Positions 13,230-26,477 are shown, counted from the first letter of the stretch. The stretch: 64,000 nt of DNA from Carcharhinus longimanus (GCA_030264375.1 JASCQW010000162.1:41583786-41647785); one strand, 5' to 3'. Translations and numbers: made by a program. The notes: generated by a model not told the origin, from the letters alone.

Positions 13230-14030
13230 AACTTCACAAAAAGAAAATACTGTACTGGCTTTTCCCAAAGCATAGTGTTCATCCCTGTATGTAGAAATGT
13301 ATTTAGCATTTCTGATATTGTTTGACAATTAAGATCTTTTCTGTTTGGAACTCCAGTCTAAAGATTATCTTTAAATTGTTCCCAGGTCCTTTGCCTCTGC
13401 TTGGAGTTTGGATTAGTAGGAAGGTGAGCCCCAGTAACTATACGTGACTGCACCATGCTTGGATGGAGAACAGTTTTACTGTGTGTTTAAGTGTGTCAGT
13501 GTATTGATTGTTGCATTTCATTTGCATTTGATGTCTGGCATATGTAAGACTTGCATTAATAAGAATCTGCAATCTAATTTTAGATATCCACCAATAATGC
13601 CTAAGCCATCATTAGATTAGATTTAATCAGACAAGTGGCTTACTGTCACTGTAACAGCACTGAAAGAATGAATAGAAATGATCATATTTTATACTCCTGT
13701 CTTTGTGAAAATATTTCATTTAGGTATTGTTCATTGAACTTAAAATTCTTCAGAGTTCCCTGTCAGTTGGAACAAAACAAAATATTCGTGCAATTCTATC
13801 TTTTCATTTCTGTTAAGATCACATACGGAGGGGTAAACATTGACTATCCTAATTTACCACTCCAGGTCTGACCGTAACAGGATTTATTTGTGCATTTAGA
13901 GAGGATGAGCTTTGCCAATACTGTAGGAGTCCCACTGCAAGATTTCAGATTAGAAAGAATTAATCAAATTTTCTGAGTCCAAATCAAAGAGCAAAATAAG
14001 TTTATTCAGCCTATTTTATGAATTTAGTAA

Positions 14031-14353
14031 ATCATAGAATTCCCTAGAGTGCGGAAGGAGCCCATTTGGCCCATCAAGCCTGTGCCAACAACAATCCCAC
14101 CCAGGCTCTATCCCCATAACCACATTTATTTACCCTGCTAATCCTCCTGACTCTAAGGGGCAATTTACCATGCCTGTTCAATCTAATCTGGACATCTTTG
14201 GAGTGTGGGGGGAAATTGGAGTCCCCAGAGGAAACCCACATAGACATGGAGAGAATGTGAAAATTCTACACAGACTCTCACCCAAGGCTGAAATTGAACC
14301 TGGGTCCAAGATGCTGTGAGACAGCAGTGCCAACCACTGTGCCACCGTGACCC
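14031..14353 (-). mobile_element. HE1 SINE, full length
   Basis: Reverse complement runs from CACGGTGGCACAGTGGTTGGCACTGCTG to ATTCTATGAT. Confidence 0.9.
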
Positions 14354-14625
14354 TCGTTCATATGTCACACACATTCCTGAGTCCCACATATACATGCACT
14401 AGTGCTGAATATGAGGGTGGACTCAAAGATATTTTACATTACATTAAAAAAAAATCAAAGGAATATATGGTTAACTCTCCTTTGGCTGCTCTCAATGTGG
14501 TGATTCCAGGTTGTGGTCCTTAATTCAGTTATCTTTCTGTGTACAGTGGATGGGTTTCTGCTGCACCCATTCTGAGTGGATTTACATGTTTTATCCACAA
14601 AGGATTTTGGTTTGCAGTAGATTTT

Positions 14626-14818
14626 CTGCCATTATGTTTTATGGGAATGAGATAGTCAGCCCCCATATTTTGTGGGAATAGTTTAGTGTACCAACCTGTT
14701 TTATGGGAATAGAATAATGTGCCACAATGTTTGGGAATAGGCTAATGTGCCAAATGGTCTTATGGGAATAGGATAGTCTGCCACTGTATTTCACAGGAAT
14801 GGAATCATGCACCACAAT
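14626..14818. repeat. Degenerate ~31-bp minisatellite, about 6 copies
   Basis: Unit approximately TGTTTTATGGGAATAGGATAGTGTGCCACAA; the GGGAAT/AGGAAT core recurs every 29-32 bp. Confidence 0.85.
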
Positions 14819-15889
14819 TTCCCTTTACCATCCAAATTATTATGCGGTTAGATCATAAGTAGGTTTTAGAGTATCGGATTGCTGTGTTCAGACTATGGCC
14901 AATGGAAAACTACTGACAAGAAAAGTGATTACAAAAACGCAGAAACACATAGAAACAGGTTATAGTAAAACAGTAATGATAAAATCAGTTTATAAGAGAC
15001 TAAAATCATGCTCAGATTGTATCTCACAAAATCTGGTAACTAGGAAGAGTTCTGGTGGGCACAGTAATTTATAAAGGACTCGATGTGAAGTCCATGTAGG
15101 GGTGATGTAATAGTACTGCTTAAAGCATCCAATGGAGCTTGCACCTTTACCATTACTAAAAAATGAACCACAAATTCCAGTATATATTCCCTGTTTCATT
15201 AGGTCTCTCAATAGAGAATAAATAGTTAATCAAGCAAGCTCAGAAATGAGTTTGCCTTTTATATCTGCTCCAGGCTTTGTGTATGTGATTGCTCTTTGGA
15301 TATTTGATTCGCTTTGTCTCCAGGACATGGCTCCTGCATTCTGGCTAACTTACAGATCAAAGAAATTTCCCAGTGTCTTGGAAACAACTTGGCATTGAAA
15401 CTTCATTTTCCATATTAGTTAGCACTGTAAATTTAAATGGTTCAAAATTTATCATAGTAACTATATACATGATATATAACAAACTATTGAAACAAAATAT
15501 AGAATTCTAGGTCTGTTGCAAGCTTTACATTTTTTTCAGCAAAGTTGACACCACTTTTACATTTTTGTAAGAGGCATTTTAAATGGAAAGTAGAGCCATT
15601 TTTTTCAAAAAAATTTAGATTGGCACAGATCATGGAGAAGATAAATATTTTATATTCTGACTTAAACAACTGATGTTCCCTTCATTATCAAATTTAGGGA
15701 CAATGCTGAAAAAGCAGCAAATAAATAGACATGCCCTAATCAACAGAAGTTACTACATTTGCAGGAATTTGCCATTATTCCTTTATCAATGAATAATGCA
15801 GGTTAGTGACCAACTACCCAATATACATTTTCCAACTGTAAAGTAAAAACTTAACATCAACCAGCGATAACTTCAGAAGAATCATTTAT

Positions 15890-15995
15890 GTTGGGTCTGT
15901 TACTCTCTCCCCAGATGCTGCCAGACCTGCTGACCTTATCCAGCATTTTCTGCTTTTATTTCAGATTTCCAGCATCCGCAGCATTTTACCTTTAT
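15890..15995 (+). mobile_element. Penelope-like element terminal fragment
   Basis: CTCTCTCCCCAGATGCTGCCAGACCTGCTGA...CAGCATTTTCTG...CAGATTTCCAGCATCCGCAG; same sequence as the end of the Penelope at 26378. Confidence 0.75.
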
Positions 15996-16269
15996 ATATT
16001 GTATTCTTAACCATATAATAGCTGTAGCAGAGTTTCTGTTCCAGAATGGAAAACAAACTAGAAAATTCATGTGATCAGAATTTGTTTAAAAAACAAAAAA
16101 CCTCTGATTAGGCACATCACAGGGTTTTGCATATTGCTCTGTGAATATTATCTTGGATAAGTACACAAGAAATCATTTTTGAGGTGTTATTTCACTGGAG
16201 CAGATACTGGTTACTCGCTGAGTAATTCTTCCTTCCAGAGTGAAATACTTTTGATTGGGGGTGGGGGGA

Positions 16270-16622
16270 ACCTCAATTTTATAATTCTGATCCTGGTTTT
16301 CAAATTCCTTCAAGATTTTATCCCTTCTTATCTCTCTAATCTCTTCCAGCCTCACAGCCTCTAAAATGTATGACTCTTCAACTGGCCCTAGTTTTTAATG
16401 GCTTCATTATTGGTGGTCATGTCTTCTGCTACTTGGCCCTCCCCACACCTTTCTTTCTTTCTTTCTTTAAGATGCTCCTTAAAGCCTATCTATTTGACCA
16501 AGCTGTGGATCAGCTGTCCTAATATGTGTACCTCAGTGTCACATTTTACTTATAACATTCCTGTAAAGTGCCTTGGGGCAATTTATTTTGGTACAGGTGC
16601 TACATAAGGTGTTGTTGTTGTT
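16270..16622 (+). mobile_element. L2 LINE 3' end
   Basis: Aligns by eye to 2165-2526; ends GGTGCTACATAAGGTGTTGTTGTTG. Confidence 0.75.
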
Positions 16623-17443
16623 AAAAATACAAATAATTTGAAAGCAATTTACAACAAAATAGAAGATTGTCAGAACAAATTACTTCAGCATATGTTGAAC
16701 TCATCTTTGAACATCAATGGAAAAGCACCAATTATAAGGGCCAGCTTGGTTTGGGGGGGGGGGGGGGGGGAGGCGGGGTCCATATATTCCTGTGGGAATA
16801 ACTTTAATTAAATTAAATGCAAGCCTTGACATTTGCATCAGGACATAAAGCCACATGCTCCAGCCATCATGCGTCAGACGTGCTGACAATTTTCAGAAGA
16901 GGACTAAATATACTTGAGGGCTGAGTCATCCCACTTACTACGCAAAATGGTTCCAACTTGCACACCTACGAGGCCAAATGTCATTGCTAGAGAAACCAAT
17001 TCCCCTCTTCCATTTACAAAAGTGTAGAGCTGGGAAGCATCTTAACAAAATAATTAAAATATGATTCACTGTATGTAACTTGCTGTACCTGGGTTAACAT
17101 TGCCTACAAAATATTGTTTCTGATTCAAATTTTTAAATGCTGTGAATACACCAAGAAATTAAGTGGCCTCCAACAATCTCCATCAGGATTGTAGAGAATT
17201 CCCTTGAAGTGGCAGCACAGAGGATCTTTACATCCACAAAAGCCCTTATGCACTCATTTGCCCTCCCAAATATTTCCTATTGTTTTAAATTAAATTTCCA
17301 TACCCACAATAAAGTAGGCCATCAAATATTAATGATACAAAATACTGGTATGAAAGATTAAGCATGGTTTTGTGTGGCTGTTCTACTTTTAAAGTAAACT
17401 GTTGAAATTGTGTTTATCACCCCATGTTGGGTGCTTTTTTTTT

Positions 17444-17734
17444 GGGCGGCACAGTGGTTAGCACTGATGCCTCACAGCACCAGGGTTCAATTCCAGCTTT
17501 GGGGGTCATTGTCTGTGTGGATTTCTTACAGGCGCTCTGGTTTTCTCCCGCAGTCCAGAGATGTGCAGGTTGGGTGGATTGCTAAATTGCCCCTTAATGT
17601 GAGGGGAATTAGTAGGGTAAATACATGGGTTTAAGGGGATAGGGCTTGGGTGGGATCATTGTCTGTGCAGGCTTGATGGGCCAAAAGACCTCCTTTTGTA
17701 CTGAAAGGATTTCAAGATTCTATGATTCTATTCT
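17444..17734 (+). mobile_element. HE1 SINE with internal deletions
   Basis: GGGCGGCACAGTGGTTAGCAC head; tail ATTCTATGATTCTA. Confidence 0.85.
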
Positions 17735-17761
17735 GCAATGAATCTTAAGATGCTTTCTGAT

Positions 17762-20700
17762 GATTGTCACCTTGCTGTGGTGGAGAGGCTTGTGTGCTCC
17801 AATGAACCCAGGAGTGATACTGCCCAGAGCTCATGCTCCTGGTAGGGTTTCTATGGTAGTGCGTCTGAGGTGAAGATTCCCGTCAGAGAACCAACCAAGA
17901 AGTCCTCAATGGCAGAGCAGATGGAGGAGGCCAGTGGCTCCAATAGCTGCAAAGGTGGAAAAAGGCTGCGGTGGGGAAGTGGCCCCTGCCATCGTGGTCC
18001 AACATGCCATTGAATCTGGCTACCAACTGCCAAGACCGTATGGAGCTTGGAAGCACACCGGAGTCCCTACACTTAATAACATCAGACTCAGACCTCTGTC
18101 AGGCAAAAGTAAAAGTCCTGAGGCAATGGAAAATTGGTTACAAGGGCAGGGCAGTGAAACCTAGATACCCCTGGCCAAGATTCTGCACACAGGTGGCAGA
18201 TGTGTGGTGGTCATTAGGTAACTGTCTTTTGGTAGCTGCATCAGCAACTGAACAGCCCTCTTCCGGATAACCTCTGCTCACCCCGCATCGGGGGGGGGCT
18301 AGAAAAGGTGCCTCAAAAATAGGCTGTTCCATTTCTCTTGGTTGGGAAAGTGCATCCAGTGGAGAGGCAGCTGAGGGAGGCCATTGGAGGGCAAACCTTC
18401 TTCTGGAAAGTGAAGTCAAATTGTAGCTTCTGCATCCATGAGGTTGGTTTCACCATAAGGAATACGATCTCCACCATGCTCTCAAATTCCCCTAGAATGT
18501 CAGTGAGAGAGTGATTACCCTATGCCTACATCTCAGCCATAACCGTAAAGTCAAGGAGAGGTTCTACTCCAATCTCAATGTCATCTTTGCTTCTATCCCC
18601 AGGGACGACAAGGTCATCCTGCTAGGTGACTTTCGTGCCCAGGTTGGATGTGACCATGAAATCTGAAGTAGGAAAATTAGCAAAAATGGAATGGAGAGGC
18701 CAATGCCAATGGCATTTTCCTCTTAATGAAGTGGCTCCCAATATGGACTGATCATGTTGAACACAGTCTTCCACCAGAAGAACCAACTTAAGACCATGTG
18801 GAGACACCCTAGGTCAGGGCATTGGCACCTCCTGGACCACATCATTGTCTGAGGCAGAGATCAGAAGGATGTGCTTGTCGCAAGAGCCATGTGGGTTCTG
18901 AATATCGACTTGTGCATTTAGTGATGAACATTTGCCTGGCAACAAGGCAATAGAAGGACCCAAAAAACCTCCTGGAGAAAGCTGAATGCTGCAGCACTGA
19001 AGGACCCAGGACAGTGGGAAGAGTTTTATGCTCAGTTGCATAGTGCGCCATAGCAAGTGATGCCACTTCCTTCCAGGTATACTGGGACCGACTCCTGCAG
19101 ATGGGTTGATGCCACAATGGAACCAGAACTGTTTTGATGCAAATGACACCGCAATCTGCAAGCTCCTCGATCAGATGTAAGCTGCCTTCACTGCCTGTCA
19201 AAGTCACCCATGTAGAAGATAGCAGTGCATTCCCAACTGAAGGCTGAGGTCCAGCATCACCTTCATGATATGAAGAACAACTGGTGGGTGGCAAAGACAC
19301 ATGTGATTCAGGCCTATGCTGATCAGCACAACATATGCAACTTCATCCAGGCTACCAAGACAATCACCACCCTACTCAACCAGATAAAACACAGAATGAC
19401 TTCTGGTTCTTCAAGGATGATGACAGCATCCATTCTTTGGATGGAGCACTTTAAGCTGCTCTTCAACTGACAGCTTGCTGTACAGGAGGAGACCATCCAA
19501 GCCATCCAACAATATCCTGTGGAAGATTGTTTTGACGATCTACCGATCAATACTGTAACAAAGTAAGCCATCCAACAGATGAAAGCAAACAAAATTTCTG
19601 GGCCAGATGTATACCCATAGATGTCTACTATGCCGGTGGCTATCAGCTCACCTCAAGACTCCATCAGCTCATCCTCCACCTCTGGCACGAAGAGAATTTC
19701 CCCTAGGATCTCGAGAACATGACTAGTATCAGTTTCCACAAGAAGACCACAGCGGAATTTCCCTGCTGTCCATCTTGGATAAGATACTGGCCCACATCCT
19801 CCTGACCCACCTTTGTCCTGTTGCTGAGGGGATCCTCCCAGAAATCCAGTGTAGCTTTCAACCATCCTGGGGACTGCGGACATTAACACCAGGAGCAAAA
19901 GCAAGAATTGTTTCTCGCTTTCATTGACCCGACCAAGGTATCTGGTTCTTTAAATTTTGAAGCTTTTTGAATTATCCTCCAACACTTGGTTATCCATTGA
20001 AGTTTGTCGCCACCTTGAGACTTCTGCATGAAAATATGACTGCCAGTTCCCAAGTGGAGGATCTGAAACTGATTCCTTTCACATCCAGACTGGGGTTAAA
20101 TAAGACTGTGTAGTCATCCCCACCCTTGTTCATCATTTACCCAACTGTCATTGTTCATTTCATCTGCGATGATCTGGGATTCAACCTCGGTCAAAATTGA
20201 CCACCGTGGACATCTATGACTCTCAGTTTATAGATGACTCCCGCTTAATGGCTCACTCTGTACAGAACATGCAAAGGACACTTGTTCTCTTCAACACTTT
20301 CTATAAGATGCTTGACCTAACTTTAAATATCACTAAGACAAAGTCCCCAAGATGAAAGCTCTTCATCAACCTTCCCCAGGCCAGATGGACATCCCCTATT
20401 TCATCCATGTAGATGGAGTAGTTCTGGAGTTTGGGAAGATTTAGACTTCCTAAATCTTGGCAGCCACCTCTCCCAAGGGATTATCATCAATGAGAAAGTG
20501 CAGTACTGTGCCAGCACCGCCTTCTTCAAGTTGCACAAAATTGTCTTTGACAGCAAGGACTTTTGAAAGTCAAAAAGGGTTCTGGTTTATAAGGCCATTG
20601 GGTTGACCACTCTCCTGTACTGTAGCAAAACCTGAACTGTCTATTAATGCCATCTTAAGATGCTGGAGAGCTTCCATTAGTGGTGCCTGCATCGAATCCT

Positions 20701-21169
20701 GGGATCATTTAGAAGAATCACTAGACCAACGCTGCATATACGTGCAAAGTCCTGCTCCTGCAGAACCAACTCCAATGGATGGGCCATTGTATCTAGATGC
20801 CCAGAAACTGTCCCCCTCAGCAAGTTCTCTTCTCCCAGTTTTCCACTTGATGGTCAAAGAAAAAGTTAGATGATATGCTTAAGGACACCTAAAGCATGGA
20901 GGCATTAACACTATTGACTGGGAGGAGAAGGCTATGGACCACTCAGCATGGTTTCACCTGGCCCATCAAGGTGCAAACTGCTTCAAGGCTCAGTGACTTG
21001 ACAGTGGGATAGAGCAACAACAGTACAGAGGAGAGCCAACCCAGGGTTGTGAATTCCATTCATCCGTGCATCAACACGCCCTCAATGCAGAAGAATTTTT
21101 GGATCCATTGGGTACCTCAGTCACCTGAAGACTCACGTAGCCTGACAGATGTCATGGACTGCCACTACT
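17762..21169 (+). mobile_element. Near full-length RTE-clade LINE, decayed (stops and frameshifts)
   Basis: RTE/BovB-like 5' end CACCTTGCTGTGGTGGAGAGGCTTG; APE motifs LGDFRAQVG (~18622) and WRHPRSGHWHLLDHIIV (~18800); RT motifs AFIDPTK (~19917), TGVK*DC (~20090), QFIDD (~20224); C-terminal C2H2-like PQCRR...SHLKTH; 3' end GGACTGCCACTACT. Confidence 0.92.
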
Positions 21170-21479
21170 GTGAATATGTTCCAAATATCAGCTTAATATT
21201 ATTGATAAGAAATATTCACAATTTTATGTAATTGTGTGACATTGTTCTTTCTTCCAAAGTTGATTATTATTTATCCATCTGTACCTCTGCTATCTTGTAT
21301 TATGCATTAACTTAGCCATTACAATTGCATTGATTAAATGAATTTGAGTGTATGCATTTATGACCATTTTTAGAGAATGCTTTTTAGAATTAAATAAATG
21401 TGTGATCAACCTTCTTTCTTACATTTTCAAGTTGACTTGCTTCACCACTGTGATCCTACTGTTATGAGGCTTCCCTTCA

Positions 21480-22380
21480 AATCATCTGTGTACACTGCCT
21501 CCTTTCACCCCAGATAACTTTGGACTTCTTGCCAAGGCTATGGAACCTTACTTTTATTGATACGTTTGAACATTTCAATTGTACATTCCAACAGGAGTCA
21601 TCATCATCAATGTATGTCTGCTCCATGTCTATTTAAGTGTCTGTTAATGCTGATATGGGCATCTTTGATGTCCTAGAAATCAGCCATGCAGTTACGGGGA
21701 TGCTAGTGTCATTCAGGATTATGTTGTTTGGGCTTTGTACATTTACATGGTTTCTCTCCCTGAAATCATTGTCACATTATTAGATTGGAAATCTCTCCTA
21801 TTCACTGATGCTACTGAGCTGTTGGTAGTCATTTGCATGGCAGGAATGAGGCCTGCCACTTTGGAAAGCTTGCTGCTTGGTAATACTCTCACTTTGTTCC
21901 TATGGGGAAAACAATAAAAAGGAATGTTCCTCTTGCTCATGTGTTTTATGAACAAATCCTTAATAGACTAAAGACTGATTGATGCAGCAAATGGCACTCA
22001 TATTTACTTTTAAGAGCACAGTTGCATTAAACTTAACGCTGTGATAACCTTTACAGCTCTGCAGGGCTGTCCCTGTGGTACATCTTGTTTGTCAGTTGAA
22101 GGAGATGCAACAGCATAACTTTACTATCATCTCCCCCTTGAAACACAAATGATGAAAGCAGGTCTCTTCAAGCATTCCCAAGTAGGTGTGTCTTTGTTTG
22201 AAGACTCGACATCTGGAATGAAGCCAAGTGTGGCCCAGATGCCAGAGGAGAAAGTGCACCTGCTTTGGTCCCTTTGCCTCAGCTCCTGTTCCTCCTCCAA
22301 ATCCATCATTGCAACAGGAATTCCCACATTGAACACAGATGGTTGCTGCTAATGAAGCAGTTGTCGGCAGCAACAGTTCT
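21480..22380 (-). mobile_element. PIF/Harbinger (HARBI1-like) transposase remnant
   Basis: RVFKQRHTYLGMLEETCFHHLCFKGEMIVKLC resembles RVYRQR.SYL.MSEEQCLRRLRF.RE.V.ELC; AVKVITAL; ICCINQSLVY; FSKVAG; VNRRDFQSNNV resembles NRKGFHSLNV. Confidence 0.75.
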
Positions 22381-23039
22381 AAGGGGCAAAGATATCTGCC
22401 AAAGGAATACTGCTGTGCAAAGCAAACAGCGATAGCAACTTATGTATCAAAGGTAATACAGGTATGCAAAAAGCAAAAGGAGAATTTTAAAATGCTTTGG
22501 CGAACAGTGAATCATACTTTTAACAATAAATACTCAAGAGGCTTGCCTACAAAATTTTGACAATTTTTAATCCACAAGTAGTGCTTTAGGAACAAAAGAT
22601 TGAAAAAAATATGGATTTTGGCACTGGAGCAAATTGCATGCGATTAATTATATTACAAAGTGTAATGAAGCTTCACAAATGCTTTTAAATAGTGACTAAA
22701 TTCAGCAACTCATAAATCAGCAAGTCACACTCCTGGAATGTGCAAGTGTCTTAAAGACTGCAAATGTTAACCACAACAAGCCAGAAATATTCAACATTAT
22801 GTGAAGGGGAGAAAAGAAATTGAGAGGGACTACATTATTATTTGAAGTATTTAGAAATTAAAAATTCAAAACAGGCAAACACTACAGTACAAACTGAATA
22901 AATAAAAGCACCAAGAAATATGTTAGTTTGCAACCTAATGGAGGGATGGAATTTGCTTTCATGAGTTCGTAATTATATTAAATTATTGTTTAACTTAGCT
23001 TGAAGGGACACATAACAAAAGACTGAACTTTTATTTAAG

Positions 23040-23600
23040 CCTACAAATTAGCTTTTGATGTCTATGATTTAAGTTGGGCAATCTTCATTATAATTACAAG
23101 GACCATTGACTTCTACCTCCATTATCCCAATTATATTGGCCTCTGCACCAGCCCCAACTTCTGCTAAAACCTTCACCAAGCTTTTGTTATCTATAGACTT
23201 GACAAACTTAATGTTCTCCTGGACAGCCTTCCACCTTCTACCCACCGTAAACTTAAACTCATTTACTTCTTTGCTGACCATATCCAAACTCGTATCAAGT
23301 CCTGTTCATGCAGCAAGTCTGTGCTCACTCACTTCCATTGACTCATGGTGCATTGTGATTTTAAAGTTCATGTATTAGCACTCAAATTCTTCTATGGCTT
23401 GTCTCCCAAGGTCCCACCCTCCACCCCCAACACTGATGCCCTAAGATCTTTCAAGAACATTGTGATCACCATACAATTATAGCTTCTATGCATTTTCTCA
23501 CTTCCTATGCCCAACCATTTGTAACTATGTCTTCAGCTATCAAGGTTTATAGTCATTGAATTACTGTCCCAGTCATCATCATCTCCCTTGTAAAGGTATT
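23040..23600 (+). mobile_element. L2 LINE fragment
   Basis: Frameshifted SAKTF..AFVIYRLDKLNVLLDSLPPST resembles AETLIHAFVTSRLDYSNALLAGLP. Confidence 0.7.
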
Positions 23601-23794
23601 GTAATATTTCTTCAAGGAAAATGTGGAGCTGTTATTAGAACTCTGAAAGACAGTTTCAGGTGACACCCAGGTTATGACAGAAACTTTAAATATTTATTTT
23701 GCATCAACCTTTCCTCCAACAGATTACACTTAATTGCCATTCAAGAAATATGAGTTTAAGCTAATGTTGTAAATGTCAAAATAGATGCAAATAT

Positions 23795-24625
23795 AGGCTG
23801 GGCTTCTCTCAAAAAAAATTTACGTCCCCAATTTGTGTGAAAATGGGAGTAACTCCCACTGATTTTTTTTAAGCACGATTTTCAGATTGAATCTCCCATA
23901 CTCTGTGCCTCACAGAGTACCCTAGTGGGATTCACTCTGAAAATCAGGGGGTGGGCCCAATTCCCACCCAGTAGGCCAGTAGCATAGCCGCTGAGTAGGC
24001 CACTGCACACGCAGCGATCTGTCAGCGACAAGTTCGGCATATGCAGAGGGCCCTGCATTGCCAGCCTCCTGATCACTAGCCAGCCCGCAACCACCCATCG
24101 ATGCTCTTCTGATCCCCAGTTCCCCGATTGCTAGCCGCTTCGAACTCTCCAGGCCAGCTCTAGTGCTGCCCCACCCTCCTGTCCAGACCGGATCTCCCCA
24201 TCCAGTCTCCCATCCCTGTCCCCCCGTCCCTCCAGCAGTCCACCCCCCCATCCCTCCAGCATTCCAGCCCACCCTTCTGCAGCCCCAACCATTTCACACT
24301 GATGGCCAGCCCCGATCACTGTCTTCCCTCTGCCTGTGATCCCTGTGCAGAGTGGCAGCAGGGCCCCCCCAGACTCCCTATAGATTGGATCCCTCCAATA
24401 GGCCATGTTCCCTCTGGCCCAACCCCTTTGGCACTGCCCAATGTCTGATGGGCAGTGCCAAGATGCCCCTTGGGCAGTGCTGGGTGCAGCTATTCCCAGC
24501 AAGTAGTGAAGGGGGAGGAACGCTAGCGGGCCCGAAGACTTCAGTCCTGATTTCCATATTATAATCAGCTCCGTGCCGATGTCTGATGTGGATCTGATTA
24601 CGTGGAGATTGGGAGAATTACACTC
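23795..24625. mobile_element. Harbinger-like non-autonomous element with C-rich body
   Basis: Imperfect termini GGCTGGGCTTCTCTC / GGGAGAATTACACTC; GGCACTGCCC / GGGCAGTGCC internal inverted motifs, also seen at 36310-36716. Confidence 0.6.
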
Positions 24626-24659
24626 AATCTCAAATCAGATCAGGCTGCTGGTACAATTG

Positions 24660-24945
24660 TTTAAAGTTTATTTATTAGTGTCACAAGTAGGCTTATATTA
24701 ACACTGCAATGAAGTTACTGTGAAAATCCCTAGTCAGCACATTCTGGTGCCTGTTCGGGTACACTAAGAGAGAATTTAGCATGGCCAATTCATGGTCTTT
24801 CGGGCTGTGGCAATAAAGCAGAACACACGGAGGAAACCCGCACAGACATGGGGAGAACATGCAGACTCCGCACAGAGACCCAAGCCGGGAATCCAACCCG
24901 GGTTCCTGGCATTGTGAGGCAGCAGTGCTAACCACTATGCCAATG
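24660..24945 (-). mobile_element. HE1-type SINE, alternative-tail subfamily
   Basis: TTTATTAGTGTCACAAGTAGGC...GAGGCAGCAGTGCTAACCAC is the reverse complement of 8838-9153. Confidence 0.85.
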
Positions 24946-25039
24946 TTGACATTCACTCAAGAGTAATTAAAAAAAAATGAGAGCTGTGCCTATGAGCGCT
25001 TTGCTTTAAGCATTATATGATGGATCTTTAAAGTTTCAT

Positions 25040-25420
25040 GATTAGCAATGTGATGCTATCATAAAAGTGTATTGTTAAGGCTAATGAATATAAAGAAAAG
25101 AGCAGAATGGTGTAATACTACGACATTTGCTTTATATAGAATACTGTATCCAGTTCTGGTCCACTCACACAGTTGGTGATATAGAGGCCCTAGAAAAGAT
25201 TCAAAAGAGGGTCAATCAATTGCTTTTTAATTTAAACATCCTCACCTTGACAAGTTTAGAGAACTATATCTTTTTACTGCAGGAAAGCATAGGCTTCAGT
25301 GAGATATGATTGACATCCTTAAAGAAATGAAAGGGCTTAATTGTGCCCATGTGCATTGAGCATTTGAATTTAAAAAAACTGGAAATTTTTGTTGTGTAGT
25401 AAGCCAATGTTAATTAAGAA
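25040..25420 (+). mobile_element. Old CR1-like LINE fragment
   Basis: IEYCIQFWSTHTVGDIEALEKIQKR is a CR1 ORF2 C-terminal motif. Confidence 0.7.
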
Positions 25421-25446
25421 AGGAGATACATTGGATAACCTACATA

Positions 25447-25735
25447 TAAAGTCTATTTATTAGAGTCACCAGTAGGCTTACATTAACACTGCAATGAAGT
25501 TACTGTGAAAATCCCCTCGCCGCCACACTCCGGCGCCTGTTCGGGTATGTTGAGAGAAAGTTTAGCATGGCCAATCACCAAACCAGCACTTCTTTCGGAC
25601 TGTGGGAGGAAACTGGAGCACCCAAAGGAAACCCACGCGACACTATGCAGACTCCACACAGACGGTGACCCAGGCCGGGAATCGAACCCGGATTCCTGGC
25701 TCTGTGAGGCAGCAGTGCTAACTACCATGCTGCCC
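25447..25735 (-). mobile_element. HE1-type SINE, alternative-tail subfamily
   Basis: Same structure as 24660-24945; CpGs retained, so relatively young. Confidence 0.85.
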
Positions 25736-26477
25736 ACTGCTGAAAGTAGGGAACATTTAGAGGGAATGCAGTAAATGAGAGAGACAGATTATTCGGTGTT
25801 TCAAACAGTATTATTACGCATCATGTTCTCTCCCCTCCTTTCCCCAAGGAAGCTGGATCAGGGCTGCAAATAAATATGCGGCGCCTCTGGCATGATGCAC
25901 CCGTAAGTGGTTCTTTACAGTAGTTGCTGAACACCAGACGTAGCAGCTCGCTGAAACTAAACACCAGATAGTGAAAGCTGAAGATGAGAAGAGGATTGAA
26001 TTGCAAATGAGATCGGTGAAGGAGATAAATTGTTGCACTAGAGAAACAGTGAGAGCATGTTACCATCCTTGAACTTATTGAATCTGTGCTAGAAACTGAT
26101 TTGATTTGTTTAGTGGAACTGGATCATTCAACAATCAATCAATGTCCAAGTTCTCTTCCCCTTTTAGTGATAACATTGGAGTTGGAATCATGAAATAATG
26201 CAATCGTCTACAGGGAATAATAAAGGCTTCAAACCCAGCAGCTCTGCTCAAATTCCAAATTGGCAGGAACCTGCCTTGGTTTCAGACACTGACAGCATGA
26301 AATAGTGCACTATCTTGATACATTAATCCAGTACATAAATTCCATTCCCTGAACCCAGACAACTAGAATCATTTCAACAAAAGGCAAAGTAGTGTGAGTG
26401 CTGGAAATCTGAAATCAAAACAGAAAATGCTGGAAACACCCAGCAGGTCAGGCAGCATCCTTCAAATGCAAGTTAAT

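Noticed and set aside
13386-13423. 38-nt micro-exon candidate (TTCCCAG...AAG/GTGAGC)
   Set aside because: Splice-like signals only; peptide unrecognised and such matches are expected by chance in 64 kb.
16753-16778. Poly-G run as a functional G-quadruplex
   Set aside because: A simple homopolymer of uncertain assembled length with no supporting context.
21480-22380. Domesticated HARBI1 gene
   Set aside because: Multiple stops, frameshifts and deletions, including loss of the IDCTH catalytic motif.
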